Of a DNA stretch of 64,000 bases, positions 35,226-45,330 are shown piece after piece. Source of the stretch: Oxalicibacterium sp. Its GTDB lineage: Bacteria > Pseudomonadota > Gammaproteobacteria > Burkholderiales > Burkholderiaceae_D. The notes under the pieces were generated by a model that worked only from the letters and a program-made list of their open reading frames with translations, did no database searches and had not been told where the DNA came from. The translations under genes and the position numbers were made by a program. Position 1 is the first letter of the stretch. Each line of letters begins with the position of its first letter. The DNA lies in NCBI RefSeq assembly GCF_035565035.1, contig NZ_DATMTD010000115.1, positions 1,123 to 65,122 on the forward strand, read 5' to 3'.

Positions 35226-36319
35226 GCGAATTACCTCACGCACCAAATCAAATCTGCGCACGCTTCAACGTCGATTACGGCGCATTCGATCTCGATATCG
35301 ATCTGGCGCTGCCGGGACGCGGCGTGACAGCCCTGTTCGGCCCGTCAGGTTCCGGCAAGACAACCTTCCTGCGCGTGATGGCGGGGCTGGAACGCGCATC
35401 GCATGTGCGGTTGCGCGTGAATGGCGACATCTGGCAGGACGATGCAAGCGGGTTGTTTGTGCCGACCTGGCAGCGATCGCTTGGTTATGTATTTCAGGAA
35501 GCAAGCCTGTTTGCGCATCTGGATGTGCGTCGCAATCTGGAATACGGCATGCGTCGCATCGCTGCTGCGCAGCGCCAGGTTTCGCTCGACCACGCAATCG
35601 CGTTGCTCGACATTGGGCATCTGTTGCCGCGCAAACCCGACAAGTTGTCGGGCGGCGAACGCCAGCGCGTGGCCATCGCACGTGCGCTGGCAACCAGCCC
35701 GCGCGTTCTACTGATGGACGAACCGCTTGCCGCACTCGATGCGCGACGCAAGGAAGAAATCATGCCGTATCTGGAACGTCTGCACGACCAGCTCGAGATT
35801 CCTGTGCTGTACGTCAGTCATTCGGTGGAAGAAGTCGCGCGTCTTGCCGATCATCTGGTGCTGCTCGAAGCCGGGCGTGTGACGGCCAGCGGTGCAACGG
35901 CTGAACTGATGACGCGCCTCGATCTGGATGTGGCGCATGGCACCAATGCCGGTGCGCTGATTACGGCAACCGTGATAGAACACGATCCGGCATTCCATCT
36001 GACATCGGCCGAATTTCCCGGTGGACGACTATTGTTGCCGCAACATCGCGCCGCGATCGGCCAGCAGGTACGCATCCGGATTCAGGCGCGCGATGTCAGC
36101 CTGAGCCGCACGCCGCAGCGCGACACCAGCATTCTGAATATTGTGGAAACGACGGTCACCGAATTCGTGGACGACGGTGCCGGACAGGTGATGGTCGGAC
36201 TGGATGCAAACGGCACGCGTCTGTTGGCACGCATTACGCGCAAGTCCTGTGCAACGATGAATCTTGCGCCAGGCAACCGCGTTTATGCGCACATCAAGGG
36301 AATTGCGATTCTGAAGTAG
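35222..36319 (+). CDS. modC: Molybdate ABC transporter ATPase
   Basis: [26 protein letters not shown]-terminal MOP domain. Confidence 0.95.
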   Translation: MSELPHAPNQICARFNVDYGAFDLDIDLALPGRGVTALFGPSGSGKTTFLRVMAGLERASHVRLRVNGDIWQDDASGLFVPTWQRSLGYVFQEASLFAHLDVRRNLEYGMRRIAAAQRQVSLDHAIALLDIGHLLPRKPDKLSGGERQRVAIARALATSPRVLLMDEPLAALDARRKEEIMPYLERLHDQLEIPVLYVSHSVEEVARLADHLVLLEAGRVTASGATAELMTRLDLDVAHGTNAGALITATVIEHDPAFHLTSAEFPGGRLLLPQHRAAIGQQVRIRIQARDVSLSRTPQRDTSILNIVETTVTEFVDDGAGQVMVGLDANGTRLLARITRKSCATMNLAPGNRVYAHIKGIAILK

Positions 36320-37415
36320 GCGGCGCAACAGGACGCCGCGTCGCCGCGGTACCGAATGCTTCGGACAGCAGCAGGATCTTGCCGGTATCGGTCGATTCGT
36401 AGCCTGCCAGCCCATTGATCAGTTTGCGGAAGTAGCCGGACTGCACAACCTCGATCACATGCTGGATCAACGGATCTTCCATCATCGACAGCGGCAACGC
36501 CATGAAATAGCGCTCCTTCACCAGCGGGATGAAATCCAGACCAAAACGATGCGCCGCCGTCTGCACGCCGACGCCGACATCCGCCATGCCGCTGGCGATA
36601 TACGCCGCGACAGCCGAGTGCGTGAATTCGTTGCTTTGATAACCTTCGATATCGAACGGTGAAATACCCGCTCCGGCCAGCATCAGCTCAAGCAGCATGC
36701 GCGTGCCGGAGCCGGCCTGACGATTGACGAAGCGCACACCGGGACGCGCCAGATCCTGCAGCGTCAGAATTTTTTTCGGATTGCGCGGCGCGACGAACAT
36801 CCCCTGCGTACGGATCGCCAGATGGATCAGGCAGTGTTCACGCGGATTCAGCCATTGCGTGTAGCGCTCCACCGCTTTTTTCTCGAATTCGCCAAGCGGC
36901 ACATGGAAGCCGGCCAGATCGCATTCGCTCCGGGACAACGCAGCCACCGCATCGGTACTGTTGCGATAACGCAGATCGACCGGAAGATTCGCTTCGGTCA
37001 ACTGATGCAGCAACGCATCGACCGCGAAGCCATGGCTGGCGTCCAGCCGCAGCGGTTTGGTTTTGCCGACGATGGTTTTGCCAATTTCATTTTCCAGCTC
37101 GGACGCCAGACTTTCCAGCGTCGGCGACAAACGCGCGCGAATGCGACGATCGGCCCAGATCAGCTTTTCTGCCAACGGCGTCAATGTCGTGCCACGGCCG
37201 CGGTCTGTATTCAATAGCGGTGTGCCGAACAGTTTCTCGACGTCACGCAGCATTCCCCACGAATAGCGATAAGAGAGTCCCACCAGCCGCGCTGCCTTCG
37301 AAATCGAACCGGTCTTCTGGATCGACATCAGCAAATCGAGCAAAACCGCCGTGTCCAGCGGCGCGTCGGCGTCGTGCGTGATCTCCCAGTGCGGGTTGAT
37401 GATGACTTTGAACAT
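36294..37415 (-). CDS. FdsR-like regulator (ModE-type HTH plus PBP substrate-binding domain)
   Basis: TGSISKAARLVGLSYRYSWG HTH; FVNRQAGSGTR, EFTHSAVAAYIASGMADVG; divergent from fdsG. Confidence 0.85.
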   Translation of the reverse strand: MFKVIINPHWEITHDADAPLDTAVLLDLLMSIQKTGSISKAARLVGLSYRYSWGMLRDVEKLFGTPLLNTDRGRGTTLTPLAEKLIWADRRIRARLSPTLESLASELENEIGKTIVGKTKPLRLDASHGFAVDALLHQLTEANLPVDLRYRNSTDAVAALSRSECDLAGFHVPLGEFEKKAVERYTQWLNPREHCLIHLAIRTQGMFVAPRNPKKILTLQDLARPGVRFVNRQAGSGTRMLLELMLAGAGISPFDIEGYQSNEFTHSAVAAYIASGMADVGVGVQTAAHRFGLDFIPLVKERYFMALPLSMMEDPLIQHVIEVVQSGYFRKLINGLAGYESTDTGKILLLSEAFGTAATRRPVAPPTSESQFP

Positions 37416-37556
37416 ATGTCAAAAAAAGCCTATGTATCGTTTACGCCGCGTTCGCGATTATGCAAAAGATAGCCTATTGAAGCTTGCTTTTACGGGTGCT
37501 AACTTTCAGCCGTTGGAAAAGGTTTGCCTGCAAACTATATGCTATAGAAAGCATAT
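37414..37556. promoter_or_regulatory. Three ATANG-N10-CNTAT-like operator sites between the fdsR-like gene and fdsG
   Basis: ATATG-N10-CCTAT (37414-37433), TTATG-N10-CCTAT (37458-37477), ATATG-N10-CATAT (37537-37556). Confidence 0.65.
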
Positions 37557-37670
37557 ATACAAGCTAAAACAAGATAATTTTTATAAACAAGGAAGCAGTA
37601 TGGTCTCGTTTTATTTCACGACCTCGCGGCACGACGTATCGCCATCGATGTCGTTGGTAGGAGTCTCTTC

Positions 37671-38150
37671 ATGAGCGCCCAGAACACATTCGATATGGCA
37701 GCGGTGGAATCCATCATCGCACAACGCAAGGCAACACCAGGCGCGTTGTTGCCGATTTTGCACGATATCCAGGCGGTTGTCGGATACATTCCGCCAAGCA
37801 CCGTTCCGGCCATCGCCGACGGCCTGAATATTTCGCGCGCGGAAGTCCACGGCGTGATTACCTATTATCACTTTTTCCGCCAGCATCCGGCCGGAAAGCA
37901 CGTGGTGCAAATCTGCCGCGCAGAAGCCTGCCAGGCACGCGGTTGCGAAGACCTTGCTTCCCACGCCAAAGAATTGCTGGGTTGTGACTTCCACGGCATC
38001 ACGGACGACAACAACTTCTCGCTGGAAACCGTCTACTGCCTCGGCCAGTGCGCCAGCGGTCCCGCGGTGCAGATCGATGACGACCTGTACGCGCGCGTTT
38101 CCAAGGAAAAATTCAATCGCCTGATCCAGGCGAAGCGAGGTGTGCAATGA
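37671..38150 (+). CDS. fdsG: NAD-dependent formate dehydrogenase gamma subunit
   Basis: NuoE-like: SRAEVHGVITYYHFF, CRAEAC, CLGQCASGP. Confidence 0.92.
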   Translation: MSAQNTFDMAAVESIIAQRKATPGALLPILHDIQAVVGYIPPSTVPAIADGLNISRAEVHGVITYYHFFRQHPAGKHVVQICRAEACQARGCEDLASHAKELLGCDFHGITDDNNFSLETVYCLGQCASGPAVQIDDDLYARVSKEKFNRLIQAKRGVQ

Positions 38151-39724
38151 CCTCAGTTAAAACAGCCACCATTTTCGTCCCGCGCGATTCGACCGCGCTG
38201 GCACTCGGCGCCAACGAAACGGCAGCGGCCATCGCCAAGGAAGCGAAGGCGCGCGGCATCGACATCAAACTGGTGCGCAACGGCTCGCGCGGCATGTTCT
38301 GGCTGGAACCGCTGGTTGAAGTCGCCACCGACGCCGGCCGCATCGGCTTCGGTCCGATCGAAGAGCATGAAGTCGCCGGCCTGTTCGACGCCAATTTCAC
38401 TTCCGGCAAGGTTGAGGAACAACGACATCCGAAAGCACTCGGCCTGGTCGAAGAAATCCCTTACCTGAAGAAACAGGAACGCCTGCAATTTGTGCGCGTC
38501 GGCATCACCGACCCTGTTTCACTGGACGACTATCTGGCACACGAAGGTTACGTCGGCCTGAAAAAGGCGATCGCGATGGAACCTGCTGCCATCGTGCAGG
38601 AAGTCACCGACTCCGGCTTGCGTGGTCGCGGCGGTGCGGCGTTCCCGACCGGTATCAAATGGAAAACCGTGCTGGGCGCGCAAGCTGCACAGAAATACAT
38701 CGCCTGCAATGCCGATGAGGGTGATTCCGGCACGTTCTCCGATCGCATGGTGATGGAAGACGATCCATTCATGCTGATCGAAGGCATGACGATCGCGGGC
38801 ATCGCGGTTGGCGCGACGGAAGGGTATATCTATGTGCGTTCCGAGTATCCGCACTCGATCGCCAACCTGAACGAAGCGATCGACGCCGCCAACAAGGCCG
38901 GCTATCTGGGCCAGAACATTCTCGATTCCGGCCGCACGTTCAACCTGCAAGTCCGCAAGGCTGCGGGCGCATACGTGTGCGGCGAAGAAACGGCAATGCT
39001 GGAAAGCATCGAAGGCAAGCGCGGCATGGTGCGTGCCAAGCCGCCGCTTCCGGCACTGGAAGGCCTGTTCGGTCAGCCAACCGTCATCAACAATGTCATT
39101 TCTCTGTCCGCAGTCCCACTGATCCTGTCGCGTGGCGCCGAGTTCTACAAGAACTATGGCATGGGTCGTTCACGCGGCACGCTTCCGATGCAACTGGCCG
39201 GCAACCTGAAATACGGTGGTCTGGTCGAGAAGGCATTCGGGGTCACGCTGCGCGAATTGCTGTACGACTTCGGCGGCGGTTCGGAATCCGGTCGCCCGAT
39301 TCGCGCCGTCCAGGTCGGCGGCCCGCTCGGTGCCTACATGCCCGAATCGCTGTTCGACACGCCGTTCGACTACGAGGCTTTTGCAGCTGTCGCCTCGACC
39401 GTCGGACACGGCGGGCTTGTCGCCTTCGACGATACCGTCGACATGGCAAAACAGGCACGTTACGCCATGCACTTCTGTGCGGAAGAATCGTGCGGCAAAT
39501 GCACGCCATGCCGAATCGGCTCGACTCGCGGTGTGGAAGTCATGGACAAGATCATCGCCAACCAGAACCGCCCGCAGCAAATCAAATTGTTGCGTGACTT
39601 GTGCGATGTAATGGTCACGGGATCGCTGTGCGCGATGGGCAACATGACACCGTTCCCGGTGTTGTCCGCCCTGAACCACTTCCCTGACGACTTCGGCGAT
39701 AAACCAATGGCTAATGCAGCCTGA
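38147..39724 (+). CDS. fdsB: NAD-dependent formate dehydrogenase beta subunit
   Basis: NuoF-like: SGLRGRGGAAFPTG, NADEGDSGTF, YVCGEETA, ESCGKCTPCRIG. Confidence 0.93.
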   Translation: MTSVKTATIFVPRDSTALALGANETAAAIAKEAKARGIDIKLVRNGSRGMFWLEPLVEVATDAGRIGFGPIEEHEVAGLFDANFTSGKVEEQRHPKALGLVEEIPYLKKQERLQFVRVGITDPVSLDDYLAHEGYVGLKKAIAMEPAAIVQEVTDSGLRGRGGAAFPTGIKWKTVLGAQAAQKYIACNADEGDSGTFSDRMVMEDDPFMLIEGMTIAGIAVGATEGYIYVRSEYPHSIANLNEAIDAANKAGYLGQNILDSGRTFNLQVRKAAGAYVCGEETAMLESIEGKRGMVRAKPPLPALEGLFGQPTVINNVISLSAVPLILSRGAEFYKNYGMGRSRGTLPMQLAGNLKYGGLVEKAFGVTLRELLYDFGGGSESGRPIRAVQVGGPLGAYMPESLFDTPFDYEAFAAVASTVGHGGLVAFDDTVDMAKQARYAMHFCAEESCGKCTPCRIGSTRGVEVMDKIIANQNRPQQIKLLRDLCDVMVTGSLCAMGNMTPFPVLSALNHFPDDFGDKPMANAA

Positions 39725-39738
39725 TCTGGAGCGAAAAA

Positions 39739-42606
39739 ATGAACTTACTTAATGGCATCGATTACGGCACGCCGAAACGTGAATCCGAAAATCTCGTCAC
39801 ACTGGAAATCGACGGTAAAACGATCTCCGTGCCGCAAGGCACGTCGGTCATGCGTGCGGCAGCAGAAGCCGGCATCAACGTCCCGAAATTGTGCGCCACC
39901 GACAGCCTGGAAGCATTCGGCTCCTGCCGTCTGTGCCTAGTTGAAATCGAAGGCCGTCGCGGCTATCCGGCATCGTGCACGACGCCTGCCGAAGCGGGCA
40001 TGAAGATCAAGACCCAAACCCCGAAACTGGCCGACATCCGCCGTGGTGTGATGGAACTGTACATTTCGGATCATCCACTGGACTGCCTGACCTGTCCGAC
40101 CAACGGCAACTGCGAACTGCAGGACATGGCCGGCGTGGTCGGCCTGCGCGACGTGCGCTACGGCTACGATGGCGAAAACCATCTGAAGATGGAGAAGGAC
40201 GAATCCAATCCGTACTTCACTTATGACGCATCGAAATGCATCGTCTGCAATCGTTGCGTGCGCGCCTGCGAAGAAACGCAAGGCACGTTTGCACTGACGA
40301 TCGACGGCCGCGGCTTCACTTCGCGCGTCGCTGCCAGCCAGAACGAAGACTTCATCGAATCGGAATGCGTTTCCTGCGGTGCCTGCGTCGATGCATGCCC
40401 AACTGCGACGCTGACCGAGAAGACCGTCATCATGATGGGGCAGGCAGAACACAGCAAAGTCACGACCTGCGCATACTGCGGCGTCGGTTGCTCGTTCAAG
40501 GCCGAAATGAAGGGCAACGAAGTTGTCCGCATGGTGCCGAATCCGGACGGCAAGGCCAACCAGGGACACGCCTGCGTCAAGGGCCGTTTTGCATGGGGTT
40601 ATGCGACGCATAAGGACCGCATGCTGAAACCGATGATCCGCTCGAAGATCACCGACCCGTGGAAAGAAGTGTCGTGGGAAGAAGCGATCAACTACGCCGC
40701 ATCCGAAATCAAACGCATCCAGGGCAAATACGGCAAGGGTTCCGTTGGCGGTCTGGTGTCGTCGCGGTGCACGAATGAAGAAGGCTATCTGGTACAGAAA
40801 CTGGTCCGCGCTGCGTTCGGCAACAACAACGTCGACACCTGCGCACGCGTTTGCCACTCGCCGACCGGTTACGGCCTGAAGGTCACGCTGGGCGAATCGG
40901 CCGGTACGCAAACCTTTGCCTCGGTGATGAAATCCGATGTCATCATGATCATCGGCGCCAACCCTGCATCGGGCCACCCGGTATTTGCCTCGCAGATGAA
41001 ACGCCGGCTGCGTCAGGGCGCCAAGTTGATTGTTATCGATCCGCGTGAAACCGAAATGGTCAAGTCGGCACACATCATGGCCGACTATCACCTGAAACTG
41101 AAGCCGGGCAGCAACGTCGCCGTCATCAATGCGCTGGCGCACGTGATCATCACCGAGGACCTGCACAAGCCCGACTTCATCAAGGAACGTTGCGAAGTCG
41201 ACTCGTTCGAGGAATGGGCGGAGTTCGTTTCGTTGCCGGAGAACTCGCCGGAAGCGATGGAACCGTTCTCGGGCGTTCCGGCCGCTGACGTCCGTGCCGC
41301 TGCACGCCTGTTCGCCGAAGGCAAGAACGGCGCAATCTATTACGGCCTGGGCGTCACCGAACATGCACAAGGTTCGACCATGGTCATCGGTATTGCCAAC
41401 CTGGCGATGGCAACCGGCAACATCGGTCGCGAAGGCGTGGGTGTGAACCCGCTGCGTGGTCAGAACAATGTGCAGGGTTCGTGCGACATGGGTTCGTTCC
41501 CGCATGAGCTGCCCGGCTATCGTCACGTATCCGACACCACTGCGCGTTCCGAATTCGAAGCGGCATGGAACGTCAAACTGGATCCGGAACCGGGCCTGCG
41601 CATTCCGAACATGTTCGATGCCGCGATGGACGGCACCTTCATGGGCCTGTACTGCGAAGGTGAAGACATCGTTCAGTCCGATCCGAACACGCAACACGTG
41701 ACCGGCGCACTGGAAAAAATGGAATGCATCATCGTTCAGGACATCTTCCTGAACGAAACCGCGAAATACGCACACGTGTTCCTGCCGGGTTCGTCGTTCC
41801 TCGAGAAAGACGGCACCTTCACCAATGCCGAGCGCCGTATTTCGCGCGTACGTAAAGTGATGCCGCCGAAATCCGGCTATGGCGACTGGGAAGTCACGCA
41901 GATGCTGTCGAACGCATTGGGTTATCCGATGAACTACAAGCATCCACGTGAAATCATGGACGAGATCGCATCGTTGACGCCGACCTTCACCGGCGTCAGC
42001 TTCAAGCGCATCGATGAACTGGGCGGCAGCATCCAGTGGCCATGCAACGCCGAAGCACCGGAAGGCACGCCAACCATGCACATCAAGGAATTCGTGCGCG
42101 GCAAGGGCCGTTTCATCAACACCAAGTACTTCGGCAGCGGTGAGCGCACCAACAAGGATTTTCCGTTGATCCTGACGACCGGCCGTATCCTGTCGCAGTA
42201 CAACGTCGGGGCGCAAACCCGCCGTACGTTCAACAACATGTGGCACAGCGAAGATCGTCTGGAAATCCATCCGGACGATGCAGCGGAACGCGGCATCAAG
42301 CAGAACGACTGGGTCGGCATCGAATCGCGTGCCGGGCAGACGGTCCTGCGCGCGGACATCACCGAGCGTATCCAGCCAGGCGTTGTCTACACCACGTTCC
42401 ACTTTCCTGAATCGGGCGCCAACGTGATCACGACCAGCTCGTCCGACTGGGCCACCAACTGTCCCGAGTACAAGGTCACGGCGGTACAAATCATGCCTGT
42501 GTCGCAACCGTCGGAATGGCAGCGTTCGTACAACCGCTTCAACGCCGAGCAGGAAAGTTTTGCGAGCACCAAGCTGATCCCTCGTGAAACGACTGCAGCG
42601 AAGTAA
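39739..42606 (+). CDS. fdsA: NAD-dependent formate dehydrogenase alpha subunit (Cys-type molybdoenzyme)
   Basis: N-terminal Fe-S motifs, CAYCGVGC, CARVCHS, LRGQNNVQG; Cys rather than Sec at the active site. Confidence 0.95.
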   Translation: MNLLNGIDYGTPKRESENLVTLEIDGKTISVPQGTSVMRAAAEAGINVPKLCATDSLEAFGSCRLCLVEIEGRRGYPASCTTPAEAGMKIKTQTPKLADIRRGVMELYISDHPLDCLTCPTNGNCELQDMAGVVGLRDVRYGYDGENHLKMEKDESNPYFTYDASKCIVCNRCVRACEETQGTFALTIDGRGFTSRVAASQNEDFIESECVSCGACVDACPTATLTEKTVIMMGQAEHSKVTTCAYCGVGCSFKAEMKGNEVVRMVPNPDGKANQGHACVKGRFAWGYATHKDRMLKPMIRSKITDPWKEVSWEEAINYAASEIKRIQGKYGKGSVGGLVSSRCTNEEGYLVQKLVRAAFGNNNVDTCARVCHSPTGYGLKVTLGESAGTQTFASVMKSDVIMIIGANPASGHPVFASQMKRRLRQGAKLIVIDPRETEMVKSAHIMADYHLKLKPGSNVAVINALAHVIITEDLHKPDFIKERCEVDSFEEWAEFVSLPENSPEAMEPFSGVPAADVRAAARLFAEGKNGAIYYGLGVTEHAQGSTMVIGIANLAMATGNIGREGVGVNPLRGQNNVQGSCDMGSFPHELPGYRHVSDTTARSEFEAAWNVKLDPEPGLRIPNMFDAAMDGTFMGLYCEGEDIVQSDPNTQHVTGALEKMECIIVQDIFLNETAKYAHVFLPGSSFLEKDGTFTNAERRISRVRKVMPPKSGYGDWEVTQMLSNALGYPMNYKHPREIMDEIASLTPTFTGVSFKRIDELGGSIQWPCNAEAPEGTPTMHIKEFVRGKGRFINTKYFGSGERTNKDFPLILTTGRILSQYNVGAQTRRTFNNMWHSEDRLEIHPDDAAERGIKQNDWVGIESRAGQTVLRADITERIQPGVVYTTFHFPESGANVITTSSSDWATNCPEYKVTAVQIMPVSQPSEWQRSYNRFNAEQESFASTKLIPRETTAAK

Positions 42607-42624
42607 GGACGACAACAGGACTGC

Positions 42625-43458
42625 ATGATGAATGCATTCACAGATGAAGAACGCAGTGCGCTGGTTCGCGTCCCCGTTGAAAAATGGGACGCGGATCGGC
42701 GTGTCGTCTGCGAAGACGACGTCGCGGAGGAAATTCCGGTCGCGCTGGAGTACAACGGCATCTCGCATGCAGTGATGATGACGTCTCCCTACGATCTGGA
42801 AGATTTCGCGCTGGGTTTTTCACTCAGCGAAGGCATTCTGCAAGACAGGTCCGAGTTGTACGACTGTGAAGTGATCCCCGGCTGCGATGGCATCCAGGTA
42901 CAGATGCAGGTGGCAACCGAACGATTCGTCGCGTTGAAGGACAAGCGCCGCAACCTGACGGGCCGTACCGGCTGCGGTCTGTGCGGTGCCGAGACGCTCG
43001 AACAGGCGATTCGCCGTCCTGAAGCAACGATCGGTACCGCGATGTTTTCTGCCGCACAGATTCACGCCGGCATGAAAACCATGCGCAACATGCAGCGCCT
43101 GCAGAAATACACGGGCGCGACGCATGCGGCAGCATGGATGACTGTCGAAGGCAGCATCGATCTGGTGCGCGAGGATGTCGGTCGCCACAATGCTCTGGAT
43201 AAATTGATCGGCGCCATGGCAGCAAAAAGACTGGATTTTTCTGCTGGTGCTGCGCTGATCACCAGTCGCGCCAGTTATGAAATGGTGCAGAAATCCGCGA
43301 CGATGGGCATTGGATTTCTTGCCGCGATTTCGGCGCCGACAAGCCTGGCCATTCGCATGGCCGAGGAGTCCAATGTGACGCTGATCGGTTTCGTAAGAGA
43401 TCAAAGTCACGTCGTCTATGCACAGTCGCATCGTCTGATACGAGCCACTTCAAAATAA
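42625..43458 (+). CDS. fdhD: Formate dehydrogenase sulfurtransferase FdhD/FdsC
   Basis: AEEIPVAL, GCGLCG, REDVGRHNALDKLIG, SRASYEMVQK. Confidence 0.94.
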   Translation: MMNAFTDEERSALVRVPVEKWDADRRVVCEDDVAEEIPVALEYNGISHAVMMTSPYDLEDFALGFSLSEGILQDRSELYDCEVIPGCDGIQVQMQVATERFVALKDKRRNLTGRTGCGLCGAETLEQAIRRPEATIGTAMFSAAQIHAGMKTMRNMQRLQKYTGATHAAAWMTVEGSIDLVREDVGRHNALDKLIGAMAAKRLDFSAGAALITSRASYEMVQKSATMGIGFLAAISAPTSLAIRMAEESNVTLIGFVRDQSHVVYAQSHRLIRATSK

Positions 43459-43483
43459 AAGAATTTACTCCAAGGAAAACGCA

Positions 43484-43711
43484 ATGAGCGGCAATACCAT
43501 AGACACCCTGATCATCATGGCCAACCAGATCGGTGATTTTTTTGAATCGATGAAGGATCGTACAAAATCGCTGGATGAGATCGCCGGCCATCTGAGAAGA
43601 TCGTGGGATCCACGCATGCGCATCGCGTTGATGGATCACGTTGAACATCATGGCGGCGAAGGCTTGAAGGACATCGTTCTGGAAGCCGTGCGTACACATA
43701 AAATGATCTGA
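43484..43711 (+). CDS. fdsD: Formate dehydrogenase delta subunit
   Basis: LIIMANQIGDFF...IAGHLRRSWDPRMR. Confidence 0.9.
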   Translation: MSGNTIDTLIIMANQIGDFFESMKDRTKSLDEIAGHLRRSWDPRMRIALMDHVEHHGGEGLKDIVLEAVRTHKMI

Positions 43712-43736
43712 CGGAAAAGAACTGTCTCAAGCCCAC

Positions 43737-43771
43737 GCTGCGCTACCATCTGGGTCCGCAGCTTTTTATTT
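43737..43771 (+). terminator. Probable terminator after fdsD
   Basis: GCTGCG/CGCAGC stem followed by TTTTTATTT. Confidence 0.55.
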
Positions 43772-43795
43772 CATGTCTTGCCTGTAGGAGAAATC

Positions 43796-44605
43796 ATGTT
43801 ACGTCGATCCGTATTCCGTCTTGCCGCTGTCGTGCTTGCATCTGCATTCGTCGCGCCGGTCTTTGCACAACAAATCATCAAGCTGTCGACCACGACCAGC
43901 ACTGACAATTCCGGCTTGCTGCCTTATTTGCTGCCGGCGTTTGAAGCCAAGACAAATTCCAAGGTCCATGTGATTGCCGTCGGTACGGGCAAGGCGCTTG
44001 AGCTGGCGAAGAACGGCGACGTCGACGTGACACTGGTTCATGCGCGCTCGTTGGAAGACAAGTTCATGGCTGAAGGCCATGGCGTCAATCGTCGCGACGT
44101 GATGTACAACGATTTCATCATCGTCGGTCCGACCAGCGATCCGGCCGGTATCAAAGGCAGCCATGATGTTCTTGCCGCGATGAAGAAAATCGCCGACGCG
44201 AAAGCGAAATTCATTTCGCGCGGTGACAACTCCGGTACGGATGTCATGGAAAAATCGTACTGGAAGGATATCAACGTCAAGCCGGAAGGCAGCAATTACG
44301 TTTCTGCCGGCCTCGGCATGGGTGAAGTGCTGACGATGGCAGGCGAACTGCAGGGCTATACGTTGACTGATCGTGCAACGTACGGTGCATATCGTGCAAA
44401 AACCGGCCTGGCCATCATGGTTGAAGGCGACAAGAAGATGTTCAATCCGTACGGCATCATTGCCGTCAACCCGGCCAAGTACAAGGACATCAACTACAAG
44501 GGCGCCATGCAGCTGGTTGACTGGATCACGTCGCCTGAAGGCCAGAAGAAAATCGGTGAATACCGCGTCAATGGCGAACAGGTTTTCTTCCCGTCAGCCA
44601 AATAA
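43796..44605 (+). CDS. tupA: Tungstate-binding protein, TupA-like
   Basis: LSTTTSTDNSGLL signature, VGTGKAL, MYNDFIIVGP, FISRGDNSGT, TLTDRATY. Confidence 0.8.
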   Translation: MLRRSVFRLAAVVLASAFVAPVFAQQIIKLSTTTSTDNSGLLPYLLPAFEAKTNSKVHVIAVGTGKALELAKNGDVDVTLVHARSLEDKFMAEGHGVNRRDVMYNDFIIVGPTSDPAGIKGSHDVLAAMKKIADAKAKFISRGDNSGTDVMEKSYWKDINVKPEGSNYVSAGLGMGEVLTMAGELQGYTLTDRATYGAYRAKTGLAIMVEGDKKMFNPYGIIAVNPAKYKDINYKGAMQLVDWITSPEGQKKIGEYRVNGEQVFFPSAK

Positions 44606-44693
44606 GAAATCAAATGAGATCGTTCGCCGTTGGTTCTTAACGAACGTGAAAGCCAACCGATTGCAGCGGATTGAAATCCGCTGTGTAAAAAAC

Positions 44694-44718
44694 AAAAGCG
44701 CGGAATTCCGCGCTTTTT
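44694..44718. terminator. Bidirectional terminator
   Basis: AAAAGCGCGGAATTCCGCGCTTTTT palindrome between convergent genes. Confidence 0.85.
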
Positions 44719-44720
44719 AT

Positions 44721-44903
44721 TTACTGTCCCTGATAGGCATCTTCGCTGGCTGTCTTCAATTCCTTGGCTTCCTCGACCATACGACGGTGGGCAATTCGCT
44801 TTCGCATGATTTCGGCATGCTGCTCTGCCGTCATCGGTGGTGTGGTCATCAGTTCTTTCAACAACGCACTGTTGGCATAGTTGTTTTTGATAAGACGGCT
44901 CAA
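44721..44903 (-). CDS. Small hypothetical protein
   Basis: 60 aa, TTG start with RBS aggag; own terminator. Confidence 0.65.
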   Translation of the reverse strand: MSRLIKNNYANSALLKELMTTPPMTAEQHAEIMRKRIAHRRMVEEAKELKTASEDAYQGQ

Positions 44904-45045
44904 GTTGACTCCTGTGGGATAACAACATCACGACATCCGCCGACTGCAAAGCAGGCGGCAACTCCATTTTGCACCAAATCGCGGGTTTTATCCTGATATT
45001 GACGCGAATTGTCAGCACAATGTTCCAGTTTGAGACACGTAGACG

Positions 45046-45150
45046 AAAAAAAGCCTCGCTGAGCATTCGGCTCGCGGGGCTTAAACCTTCCTTGAGAGGG
45101 AGGAGGAGACACGGTAAAACGTCGCCCGATGTGACGTCGGGCAGCGTCGT
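45046..45150 (-). ncRNA. Small RNA resembling the Betaproteobacteria toxic sRNA family
   Basis: Minus strand: 5' hairpin GCCCGAcgtcacaTCGGGC, GTGTCTCCTCCTCCCTCTC anti-SD tract (45094-45112), terminator stem plus T7; 5' end approximate. Confidence 0.7.
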
Positions 45151-45330
45151 TAAATATTTCCAAAGCGGCGTCATATCACGCTCGCTTGAATCGCAGGCTT
45201 CCAGCCACATTTCGACTTCGCGACTTCAGCCGTCGCAATATTCAATTAACAGTTACCGCCGAATATTGCGAAATTTCCTTTTTATCGATTGAATTGTTAA
45301 TTTTCGTTCAACCGATTTCAACGTGGTGCG

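Noticed and set aside
39739-42606. Selenocysteine recoding in fdsA
   Set aside because: Active-site residue is an ordinary Cys (CARVCHS); no in-frame TGA
43712-43795. Moco/tungsten-cofactor riboswitch ahead of tupA
   Set aside because: Only a simple stem plus T-tract; no aptamer consensus recognised and little space
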